Shown here: one piece after another, positions 1 to 11,874 of the stretch
Position numbering within the stretch: position 1 is the stretch's first letter
Layout: every line of letters begins with the position of its first letter
Origin: Diplonema japonicum
Lineage: Eukaryota; Protista; Euglenozoa: Diplonemea
Direction of reading: 5' to 3'
DNA: 64,000 nt
Assembly: GCA_964019335.1 (NCBI GenBank)
Contig: OZ025658.1
Location: 62,001-126,000, forward strand
Notes under the pieces: generated by a model
The model's input: the letters and a program-made list of their open reading frames with translations, nothing else
Told to the model about the DNA's origin: nothing
The model's database searches: none
Position numbers and translations under genes: made by a program

Positions 1-742
1 CTATTTTAACACGGTTTTCGTGGATGTAGGATTGAAGGTCTGCCCATCTTAGTTTAGTGGTTTCATGGTGTTCGTGGACAGCCGGAGCGGACCAAGTGCA
101 GTATTCCAAGCTGTACTCCCTGCTGGAGTGGTACCACAGCGATCTCGGCAGCTGCGTCAAACCGTATCCTAGAAACAGAACGATCAGTATTAAACCGAAT
201 GCGTTTGAGGCTGCGATCGCCAGCCCTATACAGTTCGCTGTTGTGAGGCCTTGCTTCGACACGAAGGCCACGTACAACAGCAGTAGTACCAAAACAGTAC
301 CCATCCCTAGGTATAATTTCAGGTTTTCTTTAACCGCTCTACGGATTTTCGCTTTCGTGGTGAATTCCCCGGCTATGCTGTACTCTTGAAGGATGGGGAG
401 GATAACCCATGACAGTGCCTGTGTGGACCAGAAAATGACTCTCCAAGTGATTAACAGCCCGTCACTGTGTATTGCGGGTTGGTGGTGTGAGGATGACGAT
501 CCGGAGCTTGTTTCGTTGTTGGTGGAATCTGATAGGTGGCTTTCTCCGTATGCGATATCCACTACTAGTAGGCCGATGGGGACCATTGTTATGATGAAGG
601 AGGAGAGCAGTACTGGCATTGACAGGGTGGGCCTGACTATTTTCCAGTTCTCCTTCGTGTAGTAGAAAAGTAGACAGGCCGACAGCACTGTCGTTCCGAG
701 CACTGTGCCCATGATTCCTAGCCATAATAGGCTATCGGACAT
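1..742 (-). CDS. LMBR1-domain membrane protein (LMBRD2-like); 5' part only, runs off the left edge
   Basis: Manual translation from ATG 742, not in the ORF track: MSDSLLWLGIMG...WRVIFWSTQALSWVILPILQEYSIAGEF...ASNAFGLILIVLFLGYGLTQLPRSLW. Multiple TM helices matching LMBRD2 motifs; open to position 1. Confidence 0.85.
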   Translation of the reverse strand, partial: MSDSLLWLGIMGTVLGTTVLSACLLFYYTKENWKIVRPTLSMPVLLSSFIITMVPIGLLVVDIAYGESHLSDSTNNETSSGSSSSHHQPAIHSDGLLITWRVIFWSTQALSWVILPILQEYSIAGEFTTKAKIRRAVKENLKLYLGMGTVLVLLLLYVAFVSKQGLTTANCIGLAIAASNAFGLILIVLFLGYGLTQLPRSLWYHSSREYSLEYCTWSAPAVHEHHETTKLRWADLQSYIHENRVKI

Positions 743-1411
743 TTCTTTTTCTCTTTTTTCTCTTTTTTTTGGTTTACCCCCTCCCCTCCCTCCCCCCACG
801 CCTTGCCTCCTTCACCCCTCTCCCTACCTCCTTTTTTTAGTCTTAATTTTGTAAAATTGATTTTTGTCGGGGGGATTCTTAAAAAAAATGAAAAACGAGG
901 TAAGGAATGGGGAGAAGGGGGCTGGATAATAAAAAAGAAAAAAAAAAGAAGAAGAAGAAAAAAAAGGAAAACAAAAAAAAAGAAGCTATTTTTCTTTTTT
1001 TTTCTTTTTAAAAAAATCTTTTAGAAACTTATCAAAACTTTTGATGACGAAAAAAAAAAGGAAAAAAAAAAAAAAGCAATGGGGTGGAGAGGGGAATAAG
1101 AATAAGAAGAAATCAGGAAAAAAGGGGGGGGTTAAGCAAAGGAATAATGACCAGATACAGCAAAAAAAAAAAAAAATAAAAAAAAAAAGAATGCAACAAA
1201 GGGGGTTTCAGATAAAACCAAACAATTTTGTCGAGAAACCGTGTTGTTGGTGGCGCGACCAGAGAAACTATTTTAGAACGAGATAAAAAAATCTAATTAT
1301 GGGGAAGGGGGGGGGGGGGGGGGGCGCTGTAGCGGCATACCCTTTTGAAAGAATGTCTCTTTTTCTTTTGTTCTCCTCTCATTACTTTTCTTTTCATCTC
1401 ATTTTTTTTAA

Positions 1412-1716
1412 CCACTAAACCCACCTGTCATAAACAAATCGCCGTGATCTTCAGGAGCTCGAAACACCGATAAGTACCAAAAACTCACCGATGGGCATCG
1501 GTGTTTTTATGCATTTTTGTGCATTTTAATATTTATTTCCACTTTTTTAACTTCTTTTGGCATTGGGTCAAAAATTATAAGGTCAAAAGCCAGCTCAGGG
1601 CCTGAATGTCTCCAGAGGTCACTTCTCCATAAAAAAAACACTTTGTATGGTGAAATGCTATCATCTTTTTTTTTTTTTTTTTTTTTTTTTGATTTTAGGA
1701 AATTGAGGCTTAGTGG
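1412..1716. mobile_element. piggyBac-type MITE (~305 bp)
   Basis: TTAA-CCACTAA(A)CC at 1408-1421 and its inverse GG(C)TTAGTGG-TTAA at 1707-1720. Internal inverted AAACACCGAT/ATCGGTGTTT. No transposase coding. Confidence 0.6.
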
Positions 1717-2497
1717 TTAAAAAAAAAAGAAAAAAAAAAAAAAAAAAACTCTTTTCCTTCGCCTGGTTCGGTCTGCGAATAAGAAGAGGAAGGGGGGTGA
1801 AATTAACATCATCAAAATAATAATATGGGAGGTTTGAAAATACAATAAATCATCGTTCCTTTATTTTCTACTCTTTTTTTTCCCCCCTTAAGTTATCCTT
1901 TGAAACACTATTTAAACGACAGAAGGACGGGGGGGAAGGGGGAGCAACCACACTTTGGGAAGGCATGATCGTTTAATTTCTTTTTCTTTTTTTCTGTTTT
2001 TTTTCAATCCCCCCCCCAAAAAAAGGACCACAGCCCTATTTCACTGTACGCCCCCATACAAAAGAAAAAAAGCGATAGTCCGGGGGGATATTAAAAAAAA
2101 AATGACAAGCGTTTGCAAAAAAAAAAAAAAATCTTTTTTGTTGAAAATCTAGGAGAATAAAAAAAAAGGAGAAAAAACGAAAAAAAGGGACTTTTTTTTT
2201 TTTTTCTCATGCATCCCAAATCCCACCCTCGGAGGATTTCCCCAATTCCCCCCATGCAGCAGCAGACGCTGCAGGCTGCGGAGAGAGGTCGAACTCCAGG
2301 CTGCTGGAGTTCTGAGTTTCGCCAGTGACGCCCTTGATATTGAGCTCGTTGAGCAGAGAGAAAATATCCGGCTGAGAGGACGGCTTGGGAACGCCATCTG
2401 AAGAGGCTCCAAAAATGTCATACCCGCTTGGGGGGTCGAGGATACGCCGAGACTCCTGTTTGTTTGTTTGTTCTTTTTTTTTCCCCTTCCCCCGAAT

Positions 2498-5155
2498 TCA
2501 CACCTCACCACTAGAGCCATGCCCCAGCACGGTGTCAACAAGCTTCGCAAGGTCCACGGAACTGGGTGAGTTCACAGTGCCTCCCACCTGCTTCTTCGGC
2601 GTCCTGCATCCCTCCACATCAACGTCCAAGGCAGGCCCCGTACCTATCGGTGCCAGACCATCATTTTTCGGTTTTGTGAAACCACCATTTCCCTGTGATT
2701 TTGCCCTGTGCGCTGTTGGCGGAACAGGCGCAGCCGCATCGGGCTGAACAGGCTTGATCACACTGTAGGGGTGCATCATCTGCATCTGGTGATGGTGGTG
2801 GTGATGTCTGCCGTGGTGCATTTGATGATGAGGGTGCGGCTGATGGTGAGGGTGGGGATAGAAGCTCTGGTGCTGTTGCTGTTGTTGCTGCTGCTGTGGT
2901 TGTTGTTGCTGCTGCTGCTGCTGCTGCCCCGGTGTGCCCCACCCTGGACGGTGTTGTTGTTGTTGTTGTTGTTGGTGTTGATGGTGTTGGTGCTGGTGCA
3001 TCATCATGTGTTGGTAAAGCATCACATCAGGCATGTCGTTCCAGCCCCTTTCAGGCCGTTGCGGGTATTCCCCCTCTGCAGCATGCGTACCATTCTTGAC
3101 AGGCGGGTCTTTCTTTTCGGGTTTTACCGGTTTCGAGACGGTTGGTGTGACACCGTTTTGTGGGTGTTCCTTTTTTTCTTCAACGGGGGGTTTTTCTTTT
3201 TTCATCTCGGCGATTTTTTTCGTTGCAGCTACCTCCAAGCGTTTGTAAATCAAAAAGTTCTTTGTCTTCTCTTCTTCTTCGACCTTCCTTCGATCTTCGT
3301 CTTGCTTTCGCTTCCACTCCTTTTCTCTCTCTCTTTCCTTTTCCCTTTCCCTTTCGCGGGCGCGCTCTTCCTTCAGCTCCCTGTCGCGTTGCTCCTTCTC
3401 ACGCCTTCTTCTGTCCTCTTCTTCTTTTTCTTTTTCTCGGCGCTCCTTTTTCTTTTTCTCCTCCTTTTCCTTTTTGGCGGCCTTTTCAAGGCGTTCCTTC
3501 TCCCGTCGTTGTTTTTCGAGTTCTTTGTTCTTGCGGGCTTCGTCGTCCCGTTTTTTCCGCTCTTCTCGCTCGGTTTCTCTTCGCAGCCGCTCAAGCTCGG
3601 CTCGTTTGTGCTCTCTCTCAGCTGCCTCGCGGGCTTCCCGTTCTCGCTTCTCCCGCAGTTTCTGCAACTCGAGACGCTCCTTCTCACGGCGTTCCATACG
3701 CTCTGCTTCCTTCCGTTTCTGGTCTTCTTGTTTTTTCTTCGCCAGCATCTCGCGTTCCTCCTGTCGCTTCTGTGCCCGGTCCACCTCTTGTTGAATCCGT
3801 TTCACAGCCGTAATGAGGAATGCCCACGCTGTCGGGTCCTCCGCCTCCACCGCGCTGGCGAGCGACGGGGTTTGCTGCGTGTGCTGGTTTTGCTGTTTCC
3901 CCTTGGTGCCCTTTTTCTTTTTGTTGTTCTGCTGCGGCTGTTTCTTCTTGGGGTGCTCGTGCTCCCAGGCGGATTTAAGAATCTGAACCTCGGGGTTTTG
4001 GAGGCCGAGGATCCTCCGAAGATGCGGCGGTGCCTCAACGTTGCTGGGATGCGCAACGAGAAGCTTCGAGAACCCCTCCAAAGCAAGCGGCGCTTCACCA
4101 AGACCATCATGAGCCACCGCCTTGCGGTACAGAGCCTTCTCGTGTGTGGGGTCCATTGCGAGTGCAGCTTTGCAATCGTTCACAGCGAAGAGGAGGAGGA
4201 GGGGGTCCTTGTCGGGGGAGTCCGTCCAAAGGTGTATTCTACAAAAAGCACGGTTTGACAAAAACGAAACCCTGTTCCCGTCTCCGGGGGGCGACTGCGT
4301 GATGGCAGCGTGGTACTTCTCGATGGCCGCAGCATACTTCTTCTCCTTCACCAGCTTGTTGCCGTCCTGCCGCGCATGGTCGGCCAAGGCAACAGATCGA
4401 TCGAACCCGTCCATTGAGGAGATGATGTCATGGACGGCAGACCTTGTCTGCTTGCCCTCTTGGAAATGCTTCCCTACAAGAGCAAGTCTTTTATACACGA
4501 TGTGGCATGCTGTCCAGAGGAACATTGTCAGAAGGTACGCGGAACGAGGTGTCTCGCTTAGGTTGAAGGGCTGCAGCTCGTCGCCTTCTTCAAATGGCGT
4601 GTCGGAGTCGAATCTGAACAGAGTGGGCGTTCTGCGAACAGAGACCTTACCCAGTGACGCCGTAAAGGGCGACATGAGGTACGCTCGCATGCCTTTTAGG
4701 TTGCCGCAGGTGTGTTCTTCATCCCGTGCTGTCGAAACGCATTTTGGGACAAGTGAGTCGAACGCAACGGTAGAAGATGAGGTGTCCATTACTTTGGAAA
4801 TCTCGGATTTTATCAGAGCGCAGATTAGGTCTAATCGGTAGGAACGGAGCTGTGAGATTATCCATTTGAAGCAGAGTTCTTTGTGGCCGTCTTCGCTTGG
4901 GGGGTACCGTTGGAGATACAGGCGCAGCAGGTCGTAGAGTGCCTGGTGGCTGGTCACATTAACGATTAGTTCTTTTACGGCGGTGTCGAGGGTTTTCCAT
5001 AGCTGCCAGCAGCTTGTTTTTCCCTTGATGCTGTAGGCTGCGGGGGTGTCCAATCCCTTTGGTAGGACCTCCCAAAAACTGTCGATTTCCCCGTGTGACG
5101 TGGCGGAGTCGTCGCTGCTCTCTTCCCTGTCTTTCTCCCCCCGCCCCGTGCCCAT
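2498..5155 (-). CDS. TPR-repeat protein with long E/K/R coiled coil and Q/H-rich C-terminus
   Basis: 885-aa ORF. TPR motifs (RQDGNKLVKEKKYAAAIEKYHAAI, FLSNRAFC, KALYRKAVAHDGLG), charged helix, poly-Q/H tail. Confidence 0.85.
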   Translation of the reverse strand: MGTGRGEKDREESSDDSATSHGEIDSFWEVLPKGLDTPAAYSIKGKTSCWQLWKTLDTAVKELIVNVTSHQALYDLLRLYLQRYPPSEDGHKELCFKWIISQLRSYRLDLICALIKSEISKVMDTSSSTVAFDSLVPKCVSTARDEEHTCGNLKGMRAYLMSPFTASLGKVSVRRTPTLFRFDSDTPFEEGDELQPFNLSETPRSAYLLTMFLWTACHIVYKRLALVGKHFQEGKQTRSAVHDIISSMDGFDRSVALADHARQDGNKLVKEKKYAAAIEKYHAAITQSPPGDGNRVSFLSNRAFCRIHLWTDSPDKDPLLLLFAVNDCKAALAMDPTHEKALYRKAVAHDGLGEAPLALEGFSKLLVAHPSNVEAPPHLRRILGLQNPEVQILKSAWEHEHPKKKQPQQNNKKKKGTKGKQQNQHTQQTPSLASAVEAEDPTAWAFLITAVKRIQQEVDRAQKRQEEREMLAKKKQEDQKRKEAERMERREKERLELQKLREKREREAREAAEREHKRAELERLRRETEREERKKRDDEARKNKELEKQRREKERLEKAAKKEKEEKKKKERREKEKEEEDRRRREKEQRDRELKEERAREREREKEREREKEWKRKQDEDRRKVEEEEKTKNFLIYKRLEVAATKKIAEMKKEKPPVEEKKEHPQNGVTPTVSKPVKPEKKDPPVKNGTHAAEGEYPQRPERGWNDMPDVMLYQHMMMHQHQHHQHQQQQQQQHRPGWGTPGQQQQQQQQQPQQQQQQQQHQSFYPHPHHQPHPHHQMHHGRHHHHHHQMQMMHPYSVIKPVQPDAAAPVPPTAHRAKSQGNGGFTKPKNDGLAPIGTGPALDVDVEGCRTPKKQVGGTVNSPSSVDLAKLVDTVLGHGSSGEV

Positions 5156-5879
5156 GTTTTTTTCTTTTGGTTTAGTTTTTTTTTTTTTTGTATTTTGTCC
5201 CTCCTTTTTTTTTTTTTTTTTTTTTAATAAAATGGGTATTGGAATGTGATGTTAAAAAAAAATAGAAGAAAAAAAAAAGGGAGTAATTAATCTTTTGTTT
5301 TGTTTTTTTAAAAAAAAGAAGGAACGTGTTAGCTCGTTCGTCTTTTTTTTGTTTCTTTTTTTGTTTGTTTCTTTCCCATGTCTCTTTTGTTCTTTTAAAA
5401 AAGAGGGGGGGAAAAAACCCCCCCTCCCTTCATGTTTTCACGAGTATTGAAGCACCCTTGTTGAGATGGGGTAAAAGAAAAAAAAGAAGGGGAAAAAGAA
5501 AAGGCAAACCTCTGAATGTTACATGTAAACTCTGCGAGAGCCGCATGCCAAAAAAAAAAAGAAGAGTAAGTAATATTGATCTTTATTTTTTGAGAAAGGG
5601 TAGGCGATCCCCCCCCTTTTTCTTTTGCAAGATGATCATCTCTTGGCTGCTTCACATACTGCTAGAGTATATGGAGGGAGGGGTAAAAAAAAGTTTTTTT
5701 TTAATTTCTCGATTAGTTTTTCTTCTTGAAAAAAAAAAAAAACGGGGGAGGGGAAGAGAGAAAGAAAGAGAGAGGTGGTAGTGAAAGAGAGGAAGATAAT
5801 AAAATAAAAAATAAAACAAAAAAAAAAATAAACAAAAGCTTAATGTGCGCCTTTGGCGATAAGTGATCCGGTTTCACCC

Positions 5880-5910
<31 letters not shown>

Positions 5911-6261
5911 GGCGGGAATGAAACAGCGCATAGCCACATAGCCCGTTCCCAAAAGCCATTCGTCCAATCTTTTGATTTTGACAAGAGGACAAGGTGGAGT
6001 TGAGTAGGCAAAAATGGAAAGGGGGGGTATTTTTTTATTTTTTTATTTTTTTTTTTTGTAAAAAGAAAAAAAAGAAACAAGGCACACACGTTTATCAATA
6101 CCACAATACAATTTTCTTTTTAATTTTATTTTGTGAACTCGTAGAGGGACGCTTAAAAACACACAAAATACTATTTCTTTCGCCGTTCGTTCCATATTTC
6201 TTAGATTTTTTGGATTAAAACCCGATAAAATTTCAGCGTGCATGGGAAGAAATTCACACCA

Positions 6262-6375
6262 ATCGGTCACCGTTCTGCGATTGCTGTCTGGTGCCTGCGG
6301 TGGCTGTTTGTCGCGATGAGATGGACGGCATCTGGGCGAGAAACATTACATGGAGTCGTGCTAGGTAGGGGGCGG
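6262..6375 (-). mobile_element. 3'-end fragment of sister LINE family (degenerate)
   Basis: Encodes MFLAQMPSISSRQTATAGTRQQSQNGDR, matching the copy at 43214-43552. Nucleotide similarity to 61374-61475. Confidence 0.7.
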
Positions 6376-7728
6376 ATTAAAAAAACTTTCAGACTTTTTT
6401 TTTTTAAAAAAAACCAAATTGGGTATGTTGGCATTGCTAACGTGTATACTGTGGGAAAAGAGACAAAAAAGTAACGTTGAGAAAAAGAAGAGAAAATATT
6501 TTTTAGAGCAAAAAAAAAAAATATTTTTTCTCTTATTTTTTTTCCCCTCCTCTTTTTCCACAAGAAAAAGAAAAAAAAAAAAAGGAAACAAAACAAAAGT
6601 GACGATCGGGTGGCAAACAACAACAAAAAAAAAAATTCACTATGATAGGAACGAAGCGGTTAGCAACGGCCCACCAAAAAAAAAAAAAAAAAAAAAAAAG
6701 ACACATTTATATTTAATTTGATCACGCTTTCAATTTGTAAACAAGCTTTTCAAAAAAAAGAGAATAGAAAAAAAAAAAAAAATACCCTCCCCTGTGTGGA
6801 AGAGGGGGAAGGGGGGAATATAAGAAAGAAAAAAGAGCTACTTTGTGATCTCCCTATTTCCCCCCGCCTAATCATTTTTCTTTTTCCTTCTATCTGGGTC
6901 CCGTTCCATTCGTTTCTTTTCCTTTTTTTTTTTTTTTTCTCTACCTGATGAGGATAGCCAAGGACTGGTATCCCTAGTACCGCTATCTAGGCACCGTTCG
7001 AGAAAAAAAAAGGGAAATAAAAATGATTGGAGTGGAATGAAGAAAAAAAAAGGGAAAAAATAGGGGGGGGGAGTGGAGAGAGTGGGGAAAATAATAAAAA
7101 AGAGATTCAAAAAGGTAGGAGAGAGAAGAGGAGCATATGAAGAAAGTGCCCTCATTCTTTTTTTTTCTTTTTTTTTTTTTCCTGTATCATGGGGCAGATG
7201 TGATTCCGGGTTAAAGAAACCCTGGATCTCATCACGCAACCATGTTTTTTACCCCCCTCCTTTTTTCTTTAAATAAAGTTTTAAAATAAATTGTGATTTT
7301 GGTAAAAACAGGAAAAGAGAGAGAGAGAGAGAGAGGCAGACTCGTTCAAAAAAAATATAAAAAATCTTTTAAAAAAATCTCATTGAAAGTGGTGTATTAA
7401 TTTTCTTTTCCGCCAATTCTTCTTCAAAATCTCTCTCATTTTCTTTCTTTTTTTCGGGCGATAATATTAAAAAAAAAAAAAAAAATAGGGGAAAAAAAAA
7501 AAAAAAAATAACAGGGAGAAAAAAAAAAAGAGACGGAAAAAAAAAAAAAAAAGCTACGAATAAAAACCTGACGAGGGGGGCGTAGGAGCCGCATGAGTTG
7601 TTCCAAAAAAAAAAAAGAATTTTTTTTTTTTTAAAAACACCCCATCGCGACCCCCCTTAATATCCCGCCCTGTCAATGCCCCAGTAGGGCATATCACAAG
7701 CACACACAAAATCATGCAGCGAACATGA

Positions 7729-7762
<34 letters not shown>

Positions 7763-7771
7763 CTCTTCCTG

Positions 7772-7806
<35 letters not shown>

Positions 7807-7819
7807 AAACCCAACTCTC

Positions 7820-8674
7820 CTAAAGCACCCACTTTCTCATTGCTTTCGACCACCCTCCGGAGCAGTTCGTGGAGGTAGAGAACTCGGCTGCCTCTTTAGC
7901 ACAAGCGACAGCGTTACCCATTGCAACAGATACCCCTGATTCTTGTTTAACATAAGAAAGCATTTCGACATCGTTTTCACCGTCTCCAATAACGAGGGCT
8001 TGCGAAGGGTGGAGGGAAAGCATGTCTAGCACGCGCTGCACTCCTGTAGCTTTACTGGCCTCACCAGCAATGACTTCAACATATCCTGGAATGGACGACA
8101 GGACTACAGCTTCATGGCCGACAAGAGCCTCGAGTTGCCTACGGTGCTCTGACACAAGGTCCTCCTCCTCATCCACAAGGAGGTACTCACAGTTGAACAC
8201 CTCGTGCAAGTAGTCAGGGTGAGACAGTTTTTCGAACTCCGATCCGATTTCCCTTAGATCGTTGTCACCGAATGTGTTCATGATCTCGGCGAGCCTCTCG
8301 TCTCGTTTCGTTGTGAAGGCAGTCCCCTCGTTGTGCGCGATGAGGCGGTTGATAAACGGGAGCTTCATTAGCTTTTGGATGATGTTGTTGTGAAGGATCG
8401 TCTTTTCCGCCGCGTTTCCGGACTCGTCCAAAACAAGCCTTCCGTGTCTCAGAACAGCAGGGGTGCCGAGGGCACACCCGTGCCCCACAGCGTTGCGGAT
8501 CTCGTTGATCCATTCACCGTTGCCCCTTCCTGTGGCAAGGACCACACTGATCCCCCTCGCGTTCATGGCCCGAATGTCCTCAACAACATCACAACGGAGC
8601 TTGTAGTTCTCATCCAGAAGCGTCCCGTCCACGTCGGTGAACACCACTTTGATATCACGCTTCTCGGTGGGCAT
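7820..8674 (-). CDS. Cof-type HAD-IIB hydrolase/phosphatase
   Basis: Motifs DVDGTLL, ATGR, SKATGV, IGDGENDVEML, AMGNA. Likely start MPTEK at ATG 8674 after an A-run. Confidence 0.92.
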   Translation of the reverse strand: MPTEKRDIKVVFTDVDGTLLDENYKLRCDVVEDIRAMNARGISVVLATGRGNGEWINEIRNAVGHGCALGTPAVLRHGRLVLDESGNAAEKTILHNNIIQKLMKLPFINRLIAHNEGTAFTTKRDERLAEIMNTFGDNDLREIGSEFEKLSHPDYLHEVFNCEYLLVDEEEDLVSEHRRQLEALVGHEAVVLSSIPGYVEVIAGEASKATGVQRVLDMLSLHPSQALVIGDGENDVEMLSYVKQESGVSVAMGNAVACAKEAAEFSTSTNCSGGWSKAMRKWVL

Positions 8675-8794
8675 TTTTTTTTTTTTTTTTAATGACAGAA
8701 CAAAAGTCCTTTTTTTTGTTGAAGTGCACACCAAGTACAAGGGGGGAGGGGGGGGAAGAAAGACCACTTCCCCTCATTCTTGCCTTTTTTTTTT

Positions 8795-10486
8795 TCATGC
8801 AAATCCTCTTGAGCTCCATATCTTCACGGTGCTGTCAGCGGAGTACGTCAACAGGAACGGGCTTATCGTGTGGCAGTGCACCCCGTACACGATGTCGGAG
8901 TGCCCCGAAAGCTTTTGGAAAAGCTGCCCGCAAAGATCCGCCCCGCCCTTGCGAACGTCTGTCACATCATAAACATACGCCTGAAGGTGAGGGTTGAGGA
9001 AGAGTTAAACAATAAACGGTGTAGATGGCATACCATGCATGTTGTGGTCTCTTCGGTGTTCGAGAGGGCGCACGACCCTGTCGCCAGGAGCATGGTGTCT
9101 GACCACGTTCGCTCCTCGATGGGCTTCACCCTCATCCCGTGCACCTGGTCCCCAACCCAGAAGCTGCTGTGTATCGGGAACCCATTGTTCTTGTAGTCTT
9201 GTCCCATCAATTTGCAAGCCTGTTTTTTTTTCCTTCTTCTCCCCCCTTCTTTTATTTCTTACCATTTTAGGCTCGTTGGCTTCCGCCTTGTCCATGTCGC
9301 CTGTCAAGCCGCCTCGATCGTATAACCCTGCACAGTGTTGGGAAAACAAAAAAGACGAAGAAAATTACATACGGAGAATGTTGTCGTAGCCGTTGACGGC
9401 CATGAACCGCTCTTGTATCTGCCCATGCCCTCCTGCGGGGGTCGAGATGTGTGAGATTTGCGCACCGCTCGTGGTGGCTTGGAACTGCGAGTGGAGGACG
9501 AGGCTCGACGGCGAAGGGCGTCTAGGAGTAGGGAGCGTGAGGGAGGAGGTAGGGGTGATAGGCGAAGGCGTGTCCGGCGTTACGTCCCGCTGCTCGAGAA
9601 CCTTCGTCGGTGTCTCAAGCTCAGGGGACTCCGTCCGGCCGTGGTTCTGAGCATTCCGAATATCTATCGTAGAAACAGTACCATTCCGGTCACCGAGCAT
9701 GACCTGCCCCGTGGAAAGCACTTGTATAGAGTTCACCATACATGGGTGGGTAACCTCCATCTGAGGCTTCGAAGGTGCCCGCCGGTCGTACCAGTAAACA
9801 GACGCGCAGGAATGAGATGCAAGGAAGACGTTCGGTTCAGAGCAGTGCCACGCCGTGGACAGCATGAACCCTGTTTGGCTTGATATATATTCAGCCACGG
9901 ATTGTCCGGTTCCTATGTCCCACAGTCTGCATGTTGAATCAAAGGATGCTGAGACGAGGTACTGGGAGTCGGGTGACCATGACAGGTACGGGATCATCAT
10001 GGTGTGGCCTTCAAGCTTCTGCGATTTCTTCTCAGAAGTGTCGTATACACCGAAGATCCTCACCGTCTTGTCGAAGCTTCCGGATGCGACAAGTTTTCCA
10101 TCGGGGGAGAACCTCGCGCAGAACACGCTGCCTTGGTGCTCGTCGAACTCCTTTTGTATTGTGAATCGCGGCCGTTCTCTGAATTCCTGTTTAGGTTTGT
10201 CGCCTCTCGCCGGGTCGCTTGTCGTCTCGTCGCCGCTCCTGCTCACTTTTGGCTTTTCCGATGTGAGTAATACAGGTTGCTCGATCTGATTGGCCAGTTG
10301 CAGCCCTGCCGTCACATCGTACTGCACGTCGTACCCCTCGTGCCTCGCGTTGTCGAGCAGGAGGCTCACGTGTTTCAACTGCGCTTTCAGCATCTTGTTC
10401 TCTTGTATGGTTGTCTTCAACAACTTCTTCAGCTCGATGTTCTCGTCTGTCATGTCCTCCGTTTTTTTACTCCCGCTGCCCGACAT
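8795..10486 (-). CDS. WD40-repeat protein with N-terminal coiled coil, 4 exons (~516 aa)
   Basis: Exons 10486-9373, 9327-9263, 9219-9034, 8980-8795. GT-AG introns of 45, 43 and 53 nt restore the frame and the final WD repeat (LSGHSDIVYGV...TYSADSTVKIW). Confidence 0.88.
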
Positions 10487-10557
10487 AGTCTTCTCCCTCT
10501 CTCCCTCCCCCTCTCCACTCCTTTTTTTTTTCGTTTTAGGGAAAAATTTGGGTTAAA

Positions 10558-11874
10558 CCCATAACACTCCAAGGCGCAAATATTTGTCGTTTTGAAAAAT
10601 CGTTTTTTTCTCTAAGTACTTTTTCGTCCCCACAACCCCTGGATCTCCAAGAACGACTATAGTGAGGATTTATTTTCAACTGCAATTCATGCTGCGCTGC
10701 ATCACTTTACCTTGTTATCCACCCACCAAGTGGGTCCCAAATCCGAGTAGATAGGCTAAAAACGCAAAATAACGGGTGTGCATACTGTGCCCAAATTGTT
10801 CCCAAAAAACGCAAAGGTAAAGCCAAAACAGCTACAGACGAGGTCCAACCTTCATGGGTAAGGGAGTTGGACCCATAGAGACCATAAAATAGGTTTCTGG
10901 ACAGAATTGGTGCAAGTGGGCAAAAGCAGCAGTGCCAAGAAAATAATTAAGCATTGACGAGACACTCGTACCTTCACGGGGCAATTGGGGGGCTGCGGGT
11001 CTACTGCCCTCTCAAGCGTAAAAGATATGGCATAAAAATGGGGCTGGGGTTAACAGAGCCTTTCCGGGGAAATGACAACACGGTAGTTTGTGATAGCTAC
11101 TTTTCGACTGTGGGTCTGGCCGAAGCCCTGTGAAATAACTGTGAGGGGCTTGCATTTCGTTGGGTGTTGCGGACTCTTCTGGTGGGCCCTAGAAGTGACA
11201 ATAGTTAACTGCCATGCACTTCAAATAAAATATGGTGGGATGCCAAAGAGATATAAAACCCTGGCTGCTTTTAAAGAGCGCTTTCGAGAGAGCCTAATTG
11301 ATGGGTCCAGCGTTGCAAAAACACCGCTCCCGGCACCCAACTAGTGGTGCACACACACCCGATACCCCAGATTACACCAAACGTGACCGCTAGCCACTCA
11401 AAGGGGGCACCTCCAGGGTCTGCAGGTTGAAAGGATGCACAAAACGCACAATCTACAAATGCTACACCTGAAACCAACACCTCTGTCCAAATAAGTGCTT
11501 TTTTCGTACCACTCTCCGTCACCCCAAAAAAGCCTCTTGACGATTTCGAGGCCGATATTCCACCCGCAAATAGGCACTTCTCTCGGTCTGAGACATCTGA
11601 GGGGTCCTGATGCTGCCTTTTTTGTCCCAGGATGCTCAATTTACACCCCCCCGTGCACAACCCATTTTGACATGGTCGTTTTTGAGCACCCTACGGCCAT
11701 TCAACTCTTCATCCCCTTTGTATTTTTATTAATTTTTGAACTTTTTTTTAAATTTTCCTGGTCCAAAAAACCCGTTTTACCTGCAAACGGGGGTTAATGC
11801 TGCCATTTTTCCCCTCAAATTATGAAAAGGAGCAAAAAAGGGACCCCTATGTAGATAGGCCCCGGAGTGTTATG

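Noticed and set aside
462-725. 87-aa ORF MARNHG...
   Set aside because: Wrong frame; the real CDS starts at 742 and runs off the window.
803-2152. Poly-K/poly-F ORFs in intergenic DNA (also 5300-7800, 37900-41300, 58900-61500)
   Set aside because: Translation of A/T homopolymer tracts.
2708-4258. 516-aa plus-strand ORF, and many other + strand ORFs over long genes
   Set aside because: Antisense shadows of low-complexity or GC3-rich minus-strand CDSs; no motifs.
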